Both the position numbers and the translations under genes were made by a program. A DNA stretch of 64,000 bases from an uncultured virus (IMG/VR IMGVR_UViG_3300027159_000392) (taxonomy: Duplodnaviria > Heunggongvirae > Uroviricota > Caudoviricetes), in IMG/VR virus record IMGVR_UViG_3300027159_000392, one strand, 5' to 3'. This document shows, piece after piece, positions 10,308 through 20,277 of the stretch (positions are counted from its first letter, which is position 1; each line of letters starts with the position of its first letter). The notes under the pieces were generated by a model. That model worked only from the letters and a program-made list of their open reading frames with translations. It did no database searches and was not told where the DNA came from.

Positions 10308-11168
10308 TTGAAAATAATATGGGTTTATGAAAACATAAATAAACAGAGAGAAGATTACAGTAAGTTTAACACCTTACTAATGCTGGCCTCAGTAAGTTTA
10401 TGGAAACGAAATCATCCTGAAGATGATACATGGTTATATTGTGATGAATTAACTCATTCACTCATAACAGAACTTGGAGTTCAATCTCTATACGATAATA
10501 TAGAAATCATTGACTTCAACGACAGACCTATTGATAAGACTAATTTCTGGGCTAGTTCTAAACTTCAAGTATTAGCTTTACAGACTGAACCAGTTATTAT
10601 AATGGACTGCGACACGTTAGTATTCAAGCCTTTCAAACACAACATAGTAAAAGATCAAGTTTTATTTTCTAATAGAGAATTCGGTAGAGGTTATTACCCT
10701 ACTTCACTTGATCCTTTAATTAGAGGACTATCTTATAAGCCAAGATGGAAAACTGAGTCTGTTAACGTCTCTTTCTTATATCTTCCAGATCCAGTATTTA
10801 CTCAAGAATACGCAAACTTAAGTCTTAAGTTAATGGAAGAATTTACTGTTTTAAAAGCACCTAATTCTAGGTACTTAATATTTGCAGAACAGCTACTCTT
10901 AAAACACTTACTAGTAAAAAATAAAGTAGAACATAGAGCTGTAATCTCTACAGAATGGGACTGCAATAATTGGAAATGGAGCAATGTTAACTCAGACGGT
11001 ATATGGACTATTGAAGATTCATGGCAATGGTTTAGACATTATGGTCCATTAAAAAAATGGTATAAAACTAATTCTCCTGACCATCCCTACGATGTAGAAA
11101 TAGAAATGTTGCGTAATTGCATTAATTTTCATAAATTTATAGATCTAAGCAGTTTAACAAAGAAATGA
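10308..11168 (+). CDS. GT-A-like glycosyltransferase (DUF6734-like)
   Basis: TTG start; LYCD, FWASSKL, IIMDCD (DxD) and FAEQ motifs. Confidence 0.55.
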   Translation: MKIIWVYENINKQREDYSKFNTLLMLASVSLWKRNHPEDDTWLYCDELTHSLITELGVQSLYDNIEIIDFNDRPIDKTNFWASSKLQVLALQTEPVIIMDCDTLVFKPFKHNIVKDQVLFSNREFGRGYYPTSLDPLIRGLSYKPRWKTESVNVSFLYLPDPVFTQEYANLSLKLMEEFTVLKAPNSRYLIFAEQLLLKHLLVKNKVEHRAVISTEWDCNNWKWSNVNSDGIWTIEDSWQWFRHYGPLKKWYKTNSPDHPYDVEIEMLRNCINFHKFIDLSSLTKK

Positions 11169-11935
11169 GTATAGTAGATAAAAATTTTGTATTTGATAAA
11201 ATTACCAACAATCAAGTTTATAAACAAGATCAGAACGGTAAAATTATTATAGAACATGATGCTGTAAAGTATAGATGGACCCACGGTGCTACAGACTATC
11301 ACTTAGGAGATGGGTTACTTATTTATGCTATGATTCAAAATATGAGAGCTAAGAACTGCGTATGTTTAGGTTCTGGTGCTGGATTTATTCCCCGTATAAT
11401 GACTCAAGCAAGAATAGATTTACATGAGCAAGGCATTTTCGAAGGTAAACCAGACTTTAGTTGGGGAGATATTGGAGCTACATTTATTGTAGATGCTGCC
11501 AACGGCATTGGAGGAGAAGTAGATTGGTTAAAAGAAGACTCTTTCTTAAGAAAAATATTTCACCCTAGAATAGTTAACGATACAACAGAAAAAGCTTATT
11601 ATGATTTTTTTGTCAAAGAGGATATTAAGATAGATTACCTTCATATCGACGCAGGACATTCATATGAGAATGTTAAACAAGACTTTACCTTATACAGTAA
11701 ACTTTTAAACCCTAATGGTATTATATCAATTCACGATACAGATATAAGATACGCTAATAAACACATCGTTACTAAGGATGTATCTGATCTAAACAATCAT
11801 GAAGAGTTTGCAAACGGACCTTCTAAGTTTATAAGTGAAATATCTGATGAATGGCAAAGATTCGACTTTCATAACCATGGGATATTAAATACAAAACCAA
11901 GTTCAACCGGATTAACAATTTTTAGACGTGCTTAA
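11165..11935 (+). CDS. Class I SAM-dependent methyltransferase (Methyltransf_24-like)
   Basis: CLGSGAG; IDYLHIDAGHSYENVKQD; LNPNGIISIHD. Confidence 0.8.
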   Translation: MSIVDKNFVFDKITNNQVYKQDQNGKIIIEHDAVKYRWTHGATDYHLGDGLLIYAMIQNMRAKNCVCLGSGAGFIPRIMTQARIDLHEQGIFEGKPDFSWGDIGATFIVDAANGIGGEVDWLKEDSFLRKIFHPRIVNDTTEKAYYDFFVKEDIKIDYLHIDAGHSYENVKQDFTLYSKLLNPNGIISIHDTDIRYANKHIVTKDVSDLNNHEEFANGPSKFISEISDEWQRFDFHNHGILNTKPSSTGLTIFRRA

Positions 11936-12767
11936 TTTAGTTACAGTAGTAGGAAAAAATACTCATATGCTTCCGCATATGTTAAAGCATTACGAAAATG
12001 TCATAGACAAAGCATATGTAGTTGTCTACAGACATTCAGATGATGACGGGATTCTAGAAGAAATCCAAGCACTAGGAATCGAACCATATTTAGTTGTAAC
12101 AGAAGCTAAATACAATTGGGAAAGAGTTACTGAATTATATAACTACGTTAAAAGTCAACGACCAAATGACTGGTGGATTGTATCAGATGATGATGAATTA
12201 CAGGTATACCCTGAACCTATAGAAGACATCATCGAGCAATGTGAGAGAAAAGGATATGACTTTGTTACAGGAGGGTTCATAGATAGAATAGGTATAGATG
12301 GTACTTTTCCTAAAGTAACAGCAGACACTAATATTCACGAAGCATTTCCTTTAGCAGGATTCTTTAGATACCCTATGTCAAAAGCCTGTCCTAATAAATG
12401 TACATTAATGAAAGGTTATCAAGAAGTTACTCCCGGGCAACATTACGCTTCATTTAATGACGGTACTAATAGCTGGGGATCTAGCCACCCAAGAAGAATG
12501 CCAGTAGAAGAAGTATTCACTCAGGTTCATCACTTTAAATGGGATAGTACATGTTTAACTAGAATGTTAGAAGTTGCTGAAATAAAAAAAGATTACGCAT
12601 TCTCTAAGGAGTACAGTAAAATGTATAGAGCTATTGCAAGAACAGATTGGAAAATAGATATAACTAAACCCGAATATTTAGTTGCTAATTTAAAAGAAAA
12701 TTCGTATATTGAATATAAAGACTACCCACACTGGGATGAATTACGTAAATTAATAATAACAATATGA
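11928..12767 (+). CDS. Glycosyltransferase family 2-like
   Basis: GTG start; LPHMLKHY, WWIVSDDDEL (DxD), GQH, VHHFKW. Confidence 0.7.
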   Translation: MLNLVTVVGKNTHMLPHMLKHYENVIDKAYVVVYRHSDDDGILEEIQALGIEPYLVVTEAKYNWERVTELYNYVKSQRPNDWWIVSDDDELQVYPEPIEDIIEQCERKGYDFVTGGFIDRIGIDGTFPKVTADTNIHEAFPLAGFFRYPMSKACPNKCTLMKGYQEVTPGQHYASFNDGTNSWGSSHPRRMPVEEVFTQVHHFKWDSTCLTRMLEVAEIKKDYAFSKEYSKMYRAIARTDWKIDITKPEYLVANLKENSYIEYKDYPHWDELRKLIITI

Positions 12768-12970
12768 GTGCAAAAATCGACAAAGAAGTATTAGAAGCTG
12801 AAAAAGTTCTAATCGAAGAAAGAAAAACTAAAGCGTTAGAGAAGATCGCTGTATCATTAGATGCTCTAACTGTATGGTTTGAAGAAATCGACAAAGAAGA
12901 CTGGGACGGAAGAATACAGTTTTACTTATCAGAATGGCATAATAATCTAACTGAAGGCAAGGACAAATAA
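12764..12970 (+). CDS. Small hypothetical protein
   Basis: 68-aa ORF translationally coupled on both sides. Confidence 0.55.
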   Translation: MSAKIDKEVLEAEKVLIEERKTKALEKIAVSLDALTVWFEEIDKEDWDGRIQFYLSEWHNNLTEGKDK

Positions 12971-14370
12971 TGGCAGTACATAAACTCGGAGTAATTGTAC
13001 CTTACAGAGACAGGTACGATCATCTCTTGAAGTTTAAAATGCTTATCCAAGCTAAGTTATATGGAGCAAAAATTCCTTATGAACTAATAGTAGTAGAGCA
13101 AGACGATAGTCAATCTTTCAATAGAGGTAAACTTTTAAACATAGGATTTCAAGAGGCAGAAAAACTAGGATGTGATTATGTCGTATTTCACGACGTAGAT
13201 ATGTTACCTAAGAAAGTGGACTATTCTTACGCTGATCACCCTGTACATTTAGCTACACAAGATATACCGTTTGAGGAATACTTTGGAGGCATAACAATGT
13301 TTCCAGTAGAAGACTTTAAAAAGATAAATGGTTTTTCTAATAGGTATTGGGGATGGGGATTTGAAGATGATGACTTACTGCATAGATGTAGACTTAAAGG
13401 AATTAAGCTAGACGAGCTTCCTCTAAATGATGCTGGCCCTAACACAGCAGCTTTAAAATTAAACGGAGTTAGTTCTTATGTTGAAGTTCCTAATAGGATT
13501 AGAACCAGAGGTGATTTTTCTATACATATTTCATTAGAACCTAAAGGTTATACATTAGACTCTAATAAGAGAGAAGATAAGTACGTAGCCTTTGGCATAC
13601 CAGGTTTTGACTTTAATATAATGTATACGAGTTTTAGGAGATTTGCTGTTGAGTTTTTTGATAGCAAAAAGAACCACCATTTTATATACTCTAATATAGT
13701 ACCTAATGTCAAGACTACGTTAACTTTTGTATATAATAAAGAGAAAAACACTGCTTCATTATACCAAAATGCTAAACACATAGGTACGGAGGTATTAAAA
13801 AATCCTATGAGACTATACGATAAAGCAGGTAAAGCTTATATAGGATGTACAGACCCAGATAGAGAAGAAGATAATAACTTTTTCAAAGGGTATATTAATA
13901 CCTATGCTGTATGGAATAAAGCATTAACGTATGAAGAAATAGTTACTGTTCAAAACAACAAATACTTTGGATTAGCAGATAACTTTGAAAGCTACCAAAG
14001 TGCTGGTAATTTAGTATCATATGGAGACGCTAAATTTATAAAAGAGTATAAGTTAATCGATATAGCTAAGCTAGAGGAGCATAGTCAAATAGTAGACTGT
14101 GAAGTTGTTCAATACGACTTACCTAAACATAGAGTACTTAAAGTACCATTCAGAAGAACTAGTGATTACAAGACCTTAGATCACGAGGATAATGGATTCT
14201 TGACAACAGGATGGAAAGACATTACAACCAGGTATAATCAGTTAAAGTTCATGAATGAAGTTATGTACGGATCTACTACTTTAGAACAAGATGGCTTAAC
14301 TACATTAAAATATAGGATACTATCTAACTCAAATGTTAGAAATATAACCCAATTAACAGTTAAATTATGA
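12970..14370 (+). CDS. GT7 beta-1,4-galactosyltransferase-like protein with inserted LamG/ConA-like domain
   Basis: VPYRDR, FNRGKLLNIG, FHDVD, YFGG, NGFSNRYWGWGFEDDD; then LKLNGVSSYVEVP...IG...FFKGYI...VWNKALT; C-terminal DGLTTLKY. Confidence 0.85.
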   Translation: MAVHKLGVIVPYRDRYDHLLKFKMLIQAKLYGAKIPYELIVVEQDDSQSFNRGKLLNIGFQEAEKLGCDYVVFHDVDMLPKKVDYSYADHPVHLATQDIPFEEYFGGITMFPVEDFKKINGFSNRYWGWGFEDDDLLHRCRLKGIKLDELPLNDAGPNTAALKLNGVSSYVEVPNRIRTRGDFSIHISLEPKGYTLDSNKREDKYVAFGIPGFDFNIMYTSFRRFAVEFFDSKKNHHFIYSNIVPNVKTTLTFVYNKEKNTASLYQNAKHIGTEVLKNPMRLYDKAGKAYIGCTDPDREEDNNFFKGYINTYAVWNKALTYEEIVTVQNNKYFGLADNFESYQSAGNLVSYGDAKFIKEYKLIDIAKLEEHSQIVDCEVVQYDLPKHRVLKVPFRRTSDYKTLDHEDNGFLTTGWKDITTRYNQLKFMNEVMYGSTTLEQDGLTTLKYRILSNSNVRNITQLTVKL

Positions 14371-15782
14371 AATTAGGAGTATGTGTACCTTATCGTAATA
14401 GAGAAATGCACCTTAACGAGTTTATACCTAAAGTAGGTAAGTACTTAAAAGAGCAAAATATCGATTTTCAAATGTACTTTTGTCATCAAGTAGATGATAA
14501 ATTATTCAATAGAGGAGCAACTAAAAACATTGCTGCTAAACATGCTTTCGAAGAAGGATGTACACATATTGTATGGCATGATATAGATATGATACCTGAA
14601 AAAGGCGGTGGTGCAGACTACTCCTTTCCAGAAGATGGTCCTAGGCACATTGCTACACAGATATCACAAATGAACTACGGTCTTAAATACCATGAGTATT
14701 TTGGTGGAGCTGTAGTATTTTCAAAAGAACAAGTAGAAGCCACTAATGGATATTCTAATGAATATTGGGATTGGGGAATGGAAGACGATGATCTATTTTG
14801 GAGATGTAATAAAGAAGGTCTAACTAATAACACATATATTCAAGAATCTCTCACCTCTCAACCCTATAAGAGGTTTAATGGAGATAATTCATTTATCAAA
14901 GTACCGTTTACTAAACCTATGAGATCCCTAAACTCTAGATCACACACAGTTTCGGTATTAATGAGAGCTAGACAGCAACCTGATAAGAACCCTATATTCT
15001 TGATCGGTAGTAACGAAAGAAAATATGTTGAATACCCAGTTATAAGGGTTAAAGGATATGATTACGGTATTGGATTTAATAATTCTAGAGCCATTTCGTT
15101 AACGTATTGGAACAACTTTCATCAACATAACTATATGTGGGTAAAAAGATACGATGAACAATGGACTTGGGTGACTGCTGTATTTGATTCGATGGATAGA
15201 AAATCACACTTCTACCTTAATGGCTCAGAAGTAGATACTAGAGGAGGATTCGGTTCTCAATCACCATTAGAGTTTCAAGGTAGATTAAAGAACTACGGTT
15301 CAGAGCCATGGTATATCGGTACATCACCTTCAGAACCGGATGATAGTACTATAAAATTCTTCAAAGGAGATATTGCTAAGGTGTTTGCGTGGAAAAGAGC
15401 TTTAACACCTAAAGAGGTGAGTAACTTAGAGACTACTATACCTAAAGACGAGTTAACTATTGATATAGATTTTAAAAATCCTCAAACTGAGTTTCAAGAG
15501 TATATGACTGAAACAAAAGTAGAGGACATTAAAATACCAAACTCAATATTACCTTATAGATCTGACGGTAGATTTAGATGTTTACCTCACAAAGATGAAG
15601 GAATCGTTAACGGAAAGTTCGCAAAAGGAGAAACAACAGCAAGAAACGAGCGTAGATATGTACTTCAAATGCAACAAGATGAAATCGATTATAAATTAGA
15701 TGGAATAAACTCACTTAAATATGAACTAGTAGGTGAAGACATACTAACACCTTGGGCTAAAATGATCAATATAAAACTATGA
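14367..15782 (+). CDS. Second GT7 galactosyltransferase-like protein with LamG/ConA-like insertion
   Basis: VPYRNR, FNRG, WHDID, YFGG, NGYSNEYWDWGMEDDD; FNGDNSFIKVP...W..VTAVFD...FYLNG...FKGDIAKV.AW.RALT; DGINSLKY. Confidence 0.85.
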   Translation: MKLGVCVPYRNREMHLNEFIPKVGKYLKEQNIDFQMYFCHQVDDKLFNRGATKNIAAKHAFEEGCTHIVWHDIDMIPEKGGGADYSFPEDGPRHIATQISQMNYGLKYHEYFGGAVVFSKEQVEATNGYSNEYWDWGMEDDDLFWRCNKEGLTNNTYIQESLTSQPYKRFNGDNSFIKVPFTKPMRSLNSRSHTVSVLMRARQQPDKNPIFLIGSNERKYVEYPVIRVKGYDYGIGFNNSRAISLTYWNNFHQHNYMWVKRYDEQWTWVTAVFDSMDRKSHFYLNGSEVDTRGGFGSQSPLEFQGRLKNYGSEPWYIGTSPSEPDDSTIKFFKGDIAKVFAWKRALTPKEVSNLETTIPKDELTIDIDFKNPQTEFQEYMTETKVEDIKIPNSILPYRSDGRFRCLPHKDEGIVNGKFAKGETTARNERRYVLQMQQDEIDYKLDGINSLKYELVGEDILTPWAKMINIKL

Positions 15783-17152
15783 CATCAGAAGAAGTAAAAG
15801 GGAAGTTAGATAAAGTAGGCTGTGGTATGTGTCTTGCAAAATGGACACAATCTACTATCCACCTGTCTATGGGTATGACTCATTCTTGCCATCACCCTTC
15901 TCCTCATAAAATAAAAGAAGCAGAAATAAAACGTAATCCAACAGCTCTTCACAATACTAAATTTAAAAAATTTAAGAGGAAAGAGATGCTTGAAGGTAAA
16001 AGACCTGAAGAGTGTAATTACTGTTGGAACGTAGAAGATAACTCTAACTCATTTTCAGATAGAGTATTTAAATCTTCAGAGCCTTGGTCTATCAAAAGTT
16101 ATGATGATATCGTTAAGGCTAACTGGAGAGATGATTTTAATCCTCGCTACGTAGAGGTATCTTTTTCAAATACATGTAATTTTAAATGTGCTTACTGTGG
16201 TCCACAATTCTCATCTAAATGGGTTGATGAAATTGAGAAGCATGGAGCATATCCAACTTCTACCAAATTTAACGGTATAGAACAATTAAGAGCGAAAGGT
16301 GAAATGCCGTATAAGCACTCCGAGCATAATCCTTACGTAGATGCATTTTGGAAATGGTGGCCAGATTTATACAGAGATCTACATACATTCAGAATAACTG
16401 GAGGAGAGCCTCTACTTGCGAAGGATACCTTTAAGGTATTAGACTATATAATCGAACAAGAAGAACCTAACACAGAGTTAGCTCTATCAATTAATACTAA
16501 TCTTGGAGTACCCGATGCTTTAATTGATAAGTTTATTGAAAAAGCAAAAGTCATATGTGAAAACGATAAGGTAAAAGAATTAGTAGTATTTACATCTGTC
16601 GAAGCTACTAAGTCACAAGCTGAATATACTAGGTATGGACTGGATTATGATAAATTCTGGGTAAATGTAGAAAAGATACTTACTGAATTACCTAAAGTAA
16701 CGATTAATGTTATGGCTACTTTTAATGCTTTATCTGTTTTTACTTACGGAGAGTTAGTAGATAAGATATTTGAGATTAAAAAGAAGTACCACAATGGTCA
16801 GAGATACAGTATTTCAGCTATTCAACTAGATACTTCGTACTTAAGGTGGCCTAATCACCTTTCAGTTCGTATATTGGAAGAAGAGCATAAGGAACTTATA
16901 CTCGAAGCTGCAAAGAAAGCTTTATACTATGGTCAGAAAGAGTTTAGTCACGAGGCATATGGTTTTACAAATGTTGAGATACAAAAGATAAAGCGAATAT
17001 ACGATTATTCGAAAGCTCATAGTGCTCTTTACGATAAAGAAAAGAATAGAGAAGACTTTGTAATATTTGTTGATGAATTAGATAAGAGAAGAGGAACTAA
17101 TTTCTTAGAGACTTTTCCTAAATTAGATAAAATGTATGCTAAATATAAGTAG
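15779..17152 (+). CDS. Radical SAM protein with N-terminal twitch/SPASM-like Cys cluster
   Basis: CNFKCAYC, ITGGEP; N-terminal CLAKW...CHH...CNYCW. Confidence 0.85.
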   Translation: MTSEEVKGKLDKVGCGMCLAKWTQSTIHLSMGMTHSCHHPSPHKIKEAEIKRNPTALHNTKFKKFKRKEMLEGKRPEECNYCWNVEDNSNSFSDRVFKSSEPWSIKSYDDIVKANWRDDFNPRYVEVSFSNTCNFKCAYCGPQFSSKWVDEIEKHGAYPTSTKFNGIEQLRAKGEMPYKHSEHNPYVDAFWKWWPDLYRDLHTFRITGGEPLLAKDTFKVLDYIIEQEEPNTELALSINTNLGVPDALIDKFIEKAKVICENDKVKELVVFTSVEATKSQAEYTRYGLDYDKFWVNVEKILTELPKVTINVMATFNALSVFTYGELVDKIFEIKKKYHNGQRYSISAIQLDTSYLRWPNHLSVRILEEEHKELILEAAKKALYYGQKEFSHEAYGFTNVEIQKIKRIYDYSKAHSALYDKEKNREDFVIFVDELDKRRGTNFLETFPKLDKMYAKYK

Positions 17153-17723
17153 TGGTAATCCATGGGTCTTTTGGCCAAGTCATATATGTGATACCTTTCC
17201 AGAATATCCTGCAAATAAAGTACTTACTGGGTTGAATCCTTTTGAAGTATATGTAGATATGAAAATCAAGAAGGTAGAAGGTATTATAGGAACTCTTTTT
17301 ACATTGCTTCCTCACTATACAGCAATCGATATATACGAAGGTAGGTTACTGTTTACGATGATGAATGAGGATAAGAAAACAGAGTACTGGGATTTACCTT
17401 TTGCCGTATTTGACGATGTAAGGTTAAAAATTACATGGAAGCACATTCCAAACCAAAGTTTTACGGTATTTATTAATAGTAGAGAGGTACACAAGGTTGA
17501 TTTGACTGAAAAGGCATTTGCAACTGAAATGGATCCTCATATAATATTTGGGGCAGGAAACTTCCCTAAAAATGGATATAATTTAAACTATACTGATATA
17601 GAGTTGTACGAATTTAAGGTTACGCAAGAAGATAAGTTACTTTGCCATCACACCTTTGAAGAGTATATATACGATAAATCAGTTGATTTAACTGGAGATT
17701 GTAACTTTATGAATAAAATATAA
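17136..17723 (+). CDS. Hypothetical protein, possibly a LamG-like beta-sandwich
   Basis: Beta-rich; ends D.SVDLTG..N; coupled to both radical SAM genes. Confidence 0.45.
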   Translation: MLNISSGNPWVFWPSHICDTFPEYPANKVLTGLNPFEVYVDMKIKKVEGIIGTLFTLLPHYTAIDIYEGRLLFTMMNEDKKTEYWDLPFAVFDDVRLKITWKHIPNQSFTVFINSREVHKVDLTEKAFATEMDPHIIFGAGNFPKNGYNLNYTDIELYEFKVTQEDKLLCHHTFEEYIYDKSVDLTGDCNFMNKI

Positions 17724-19246
17724 TGGCAGATCAGAACTTAGTAAAATGGAGAACAGAACATTTAGATTCTGTTAGTGAAAGTTTTTGTGCTGCAAAATGG
17801 TACAATGCATCTTTACATTTAGGACATGGGTTTACTAACTCCTGTCACCTACCTTTACCTCATCCAATAGATTTAGAAGAGATTAAAACTAATCCTTCAG
17901 CATTACATAATACTGCTTTCAAAAAGAAGATACGTAAAATGATGCTTGAAGGTGTTAGACCAGCAGAGTGTTCATATTGTTGGAAAGTAGAAGATATAGG
18001 AAACGACTCAATAGGAGATAGAGTTTTTAAGAGTAGAATATACTCTGATGAAGATATAGCTGAACTAGCTGAACTGCCATGGGATTATGACATACCTTTA
18101 AAGACCGTAGAAGTATCTTTTGATAGAACTTGTAACTTTGCTTGTTCGTATTGTAATACTGGGTACTCAACTACATGGGCTAAGGACATAGAAGAAAACG
18201 GTCCTTATCAGAAATTTAAAACAACATCAGCAGGAGCATATCATTCAGATGGTTCATGGGCAGATATCTTTGGTAAGAATAATAAAGATAATCCATATGT
18301 AGATGCATTTATAGAATGGTGGCCAACACTTGCTCCTGGCTTGCAGGAACTTAGAGTAACCGGTGGAGAACCTTCTGCATCGTTTAACTTCTGGAAGTTT
18401 TTAGAGACTATGCAGAAAACACCTGCACCTAATCTTAGACTAGCTGTTAACTCTAATCTTGGAGTACATGATAAGTTAATTAATAAGTTAATTGATATGT
18501 CTAATACACTCCCTATTAAAGAGTTTGATTTATATACTTCTTGTGAAGCATTTGGTATACAAGCAGAATATATTAGAGATGGGTTAGTATGGGATGTATG
18601 GAGAAATAATCTAGTTAAAGTAATAGAAGAAGGAAACTTCAGACAAGTAATTTGTATGATGACTATCAACTCATTATGTCTATATTCTATAACTGAATTT
18701 ATGGATGATATGTTCGTACTTAAGGAAAAATACGGTATGAATAACCCAGGTATTGATTTGAACATACTTAGATGGCCAGCATTTATGTCGCCATTAAACT
18801 TACCAGATAGTGAAAAAAAGAAACTACATAAAAAATTAGCTGATTGGTACGAAATTAAAAAAGATCATCCATTGATGATGGATCATGAAAAAGCTCAAAT
18901 CGAAAGATTAATAGACTATATTGATGTAGTAGAGCAAGGTCATGTAGAAACAGAAGAAGATAAAGAAAAACATTATCATGATTTTAAATCTTTTTATGAA
19001 CAATATGATAAAAGAAAAGGACATGACATTAGGGAAGCTTTCCCCGACTTAGTTGAATGGTACGACACTATAGAAGTAGATCAATCAATACCTGATGTTA
19101 AAGTAAACGACGGTAGGATTACTCACTTCGAATCAGGAGAATATAAACCAGATATAGGAAAGAAAAAACAACAAACATTACCACCTGCAATAGCAGAGAG
19201 AAATAAAAAAAGCAAAGGGAAAGTAAAATGGCAAAAGATCCTATAA
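17723..19246 (+). CDS. Radical SAM protein, paralog of 15779..17152
   Basis: CNFACSYC, VTGGEP; CAAKW...CHL...CSYCW; shared NP.ALHNT.FKK motif. Confidence 0.85.
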   Translation: MADQNLVKWRTEHLDSVSESFCAAKWYNASLHLGHGFTNSCHLPLPHPIDLEEIKTNPSALHNTAFKKKIRKMMLEGVRPAECSYCWKVEDIGNDSIGDRVFKSRIYSDEDIAELAELPWDYDIPLKTVEVSFDRTCNFACSYCNTGYSTTWAKDIEENGPYQKFKTTSAGAYHSDGSWADIFGKNNKDNPYVDAFIEWWPTLAPGLQELRVTGGEPSASFNFWKFLETMQKTPAPNLRLAVNSNLGVHDKLINKLIDMSNTLPIKEFDLYTSCEAFGIQAEYIRDGLVWDVWRNNLVKVIEEGNFRQVICMMTINSLCLYSITEFMDDMFVLKEKYGMNNPGIDLNILRWPAFMSPLNLPDSEKKKLHKKLADWYEIKKDHPLMMDHEKAQIERLIDYIDVVEQGHVETEEDKEKHYHDFKSFYEQYDKRKGHDIREAFPDLVEWYDTIEVDQSIPDVKVNDGRITHFESGEYKPDIGKKKQQTLPPAIAERNKKSKGKVKWQKIL

Positions 19247-20277
19247 ATAGAAGGTATATTAGAGTTAAAGAACCATGGGGTGGTGGACACACACCTTATG
19301 ATACAGGATTCGGCAATAGGTTACTACACTGGGATGCCTGTTATGTTTTAGAGAACGCTTCTACTACAGACCATTTCTTACAACTAGAACACAAGTATTG
19401 GCATGAAACCGAGTACTTAGAATTCCCAGCAGAAAAAATTTATAAATTAGAAGGTGATGACGATGAAGTAACTGATTGGTTAGCTAATTACGATTTCAAT
19501 TACGATACTAAAGAGATTACTAAATTGCCGGTAATAGGCAACGAAGAAGTGGATAAGTTTCTGAACACTTCTGATTACATAGACTACGATCTTCCAGAAA
19601 ATAGATATGTTGTGGATTTTGATTGGTCCTGTATCGATAAGATTTTAGCTAGAGCAGATGAGAAAGAAATTCCTACTGGACTTCACCGTGTAAAAATTAA
19701 AGACCACCAACTAAGATCTGCTATCAGACAAATAGCTACAGGGTGTGTAGGTCTTCATATAAGAAGAGGAAACGGAGTATACAAAACAAATAAAAATTAT
19801 AAAGAACTTCCTGATAGTGTTAGAGATAATATTCAATATACACAAGTAGATGATACAATTTACAAGTACTGGGAAGATAGCAAATACGCAGCTTTAATAA
19901 AAGAAATACTAGAACAAACACCAAATCAAAAGTTTTATATTAGTTGTGACTTATTAGAAAAGGAATATATACATCTTAAAACAAAATTTAATGCAAGAAT
20001 ATATACAAGAAGAGATGTAATTAATTCACTACCTTCTTACTTAACAAAGAATGTAAACTTAGAAGATGTTGAGTGCTCTAAAAGAATTGCACTAGAAAGC
20101 GTAATAGATATGATGTGTTTAGCTAACTCTAATTTTATAGTTGGTGCCCCACATTCAACATGGTTATCATCAATTCAGAGAATGAGACCAGTACCTTATA
20201 ATTTTATAAACGAAGGTAAAGATAGAATATTGAGAGAGTATGTAAAGTCATTAAACACTTATTCGACATTAGTATGA
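19228..20277 (+). CDS. Fucosyltransferase-like glycosyltransferase (GT11/GT23 NodZ-like)
   Basis: GFGNRL, VGLHIRRG, FYISCD, DM..LA.S.FIVG...STW. Confidence 0.7.
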   Translation: MAKDPINRRYIRVKEPWGGGHTPYDTGFGNRLLHWDACYVLENASTTDHFLQLEHKYWHETEYLEFPAEKIYKLEGDDDEVTDWLANYDFNYDTKEITKLPVIGNEEVDKFLNTSDYIDYDLPENRYVVDFDWSCIDKILARADEKEIPTGLHRVKIKDHQLRSAIRQIATGCVGLHIRRGNGVYKTNKNYKELPDSVRDNIQYTQVDDTIYKYWEDSKYAALIKEILEQTPNQKFYISCDLLEKEYIHLKTKFNARIYTRRDVINSLPSYLTKNVNLEDVECSKRIALESVIDMMCLANSNFIVGAPHSTWLSSIQRMRPVPYNFINEGKDRILREYVKSLNTYSTLV

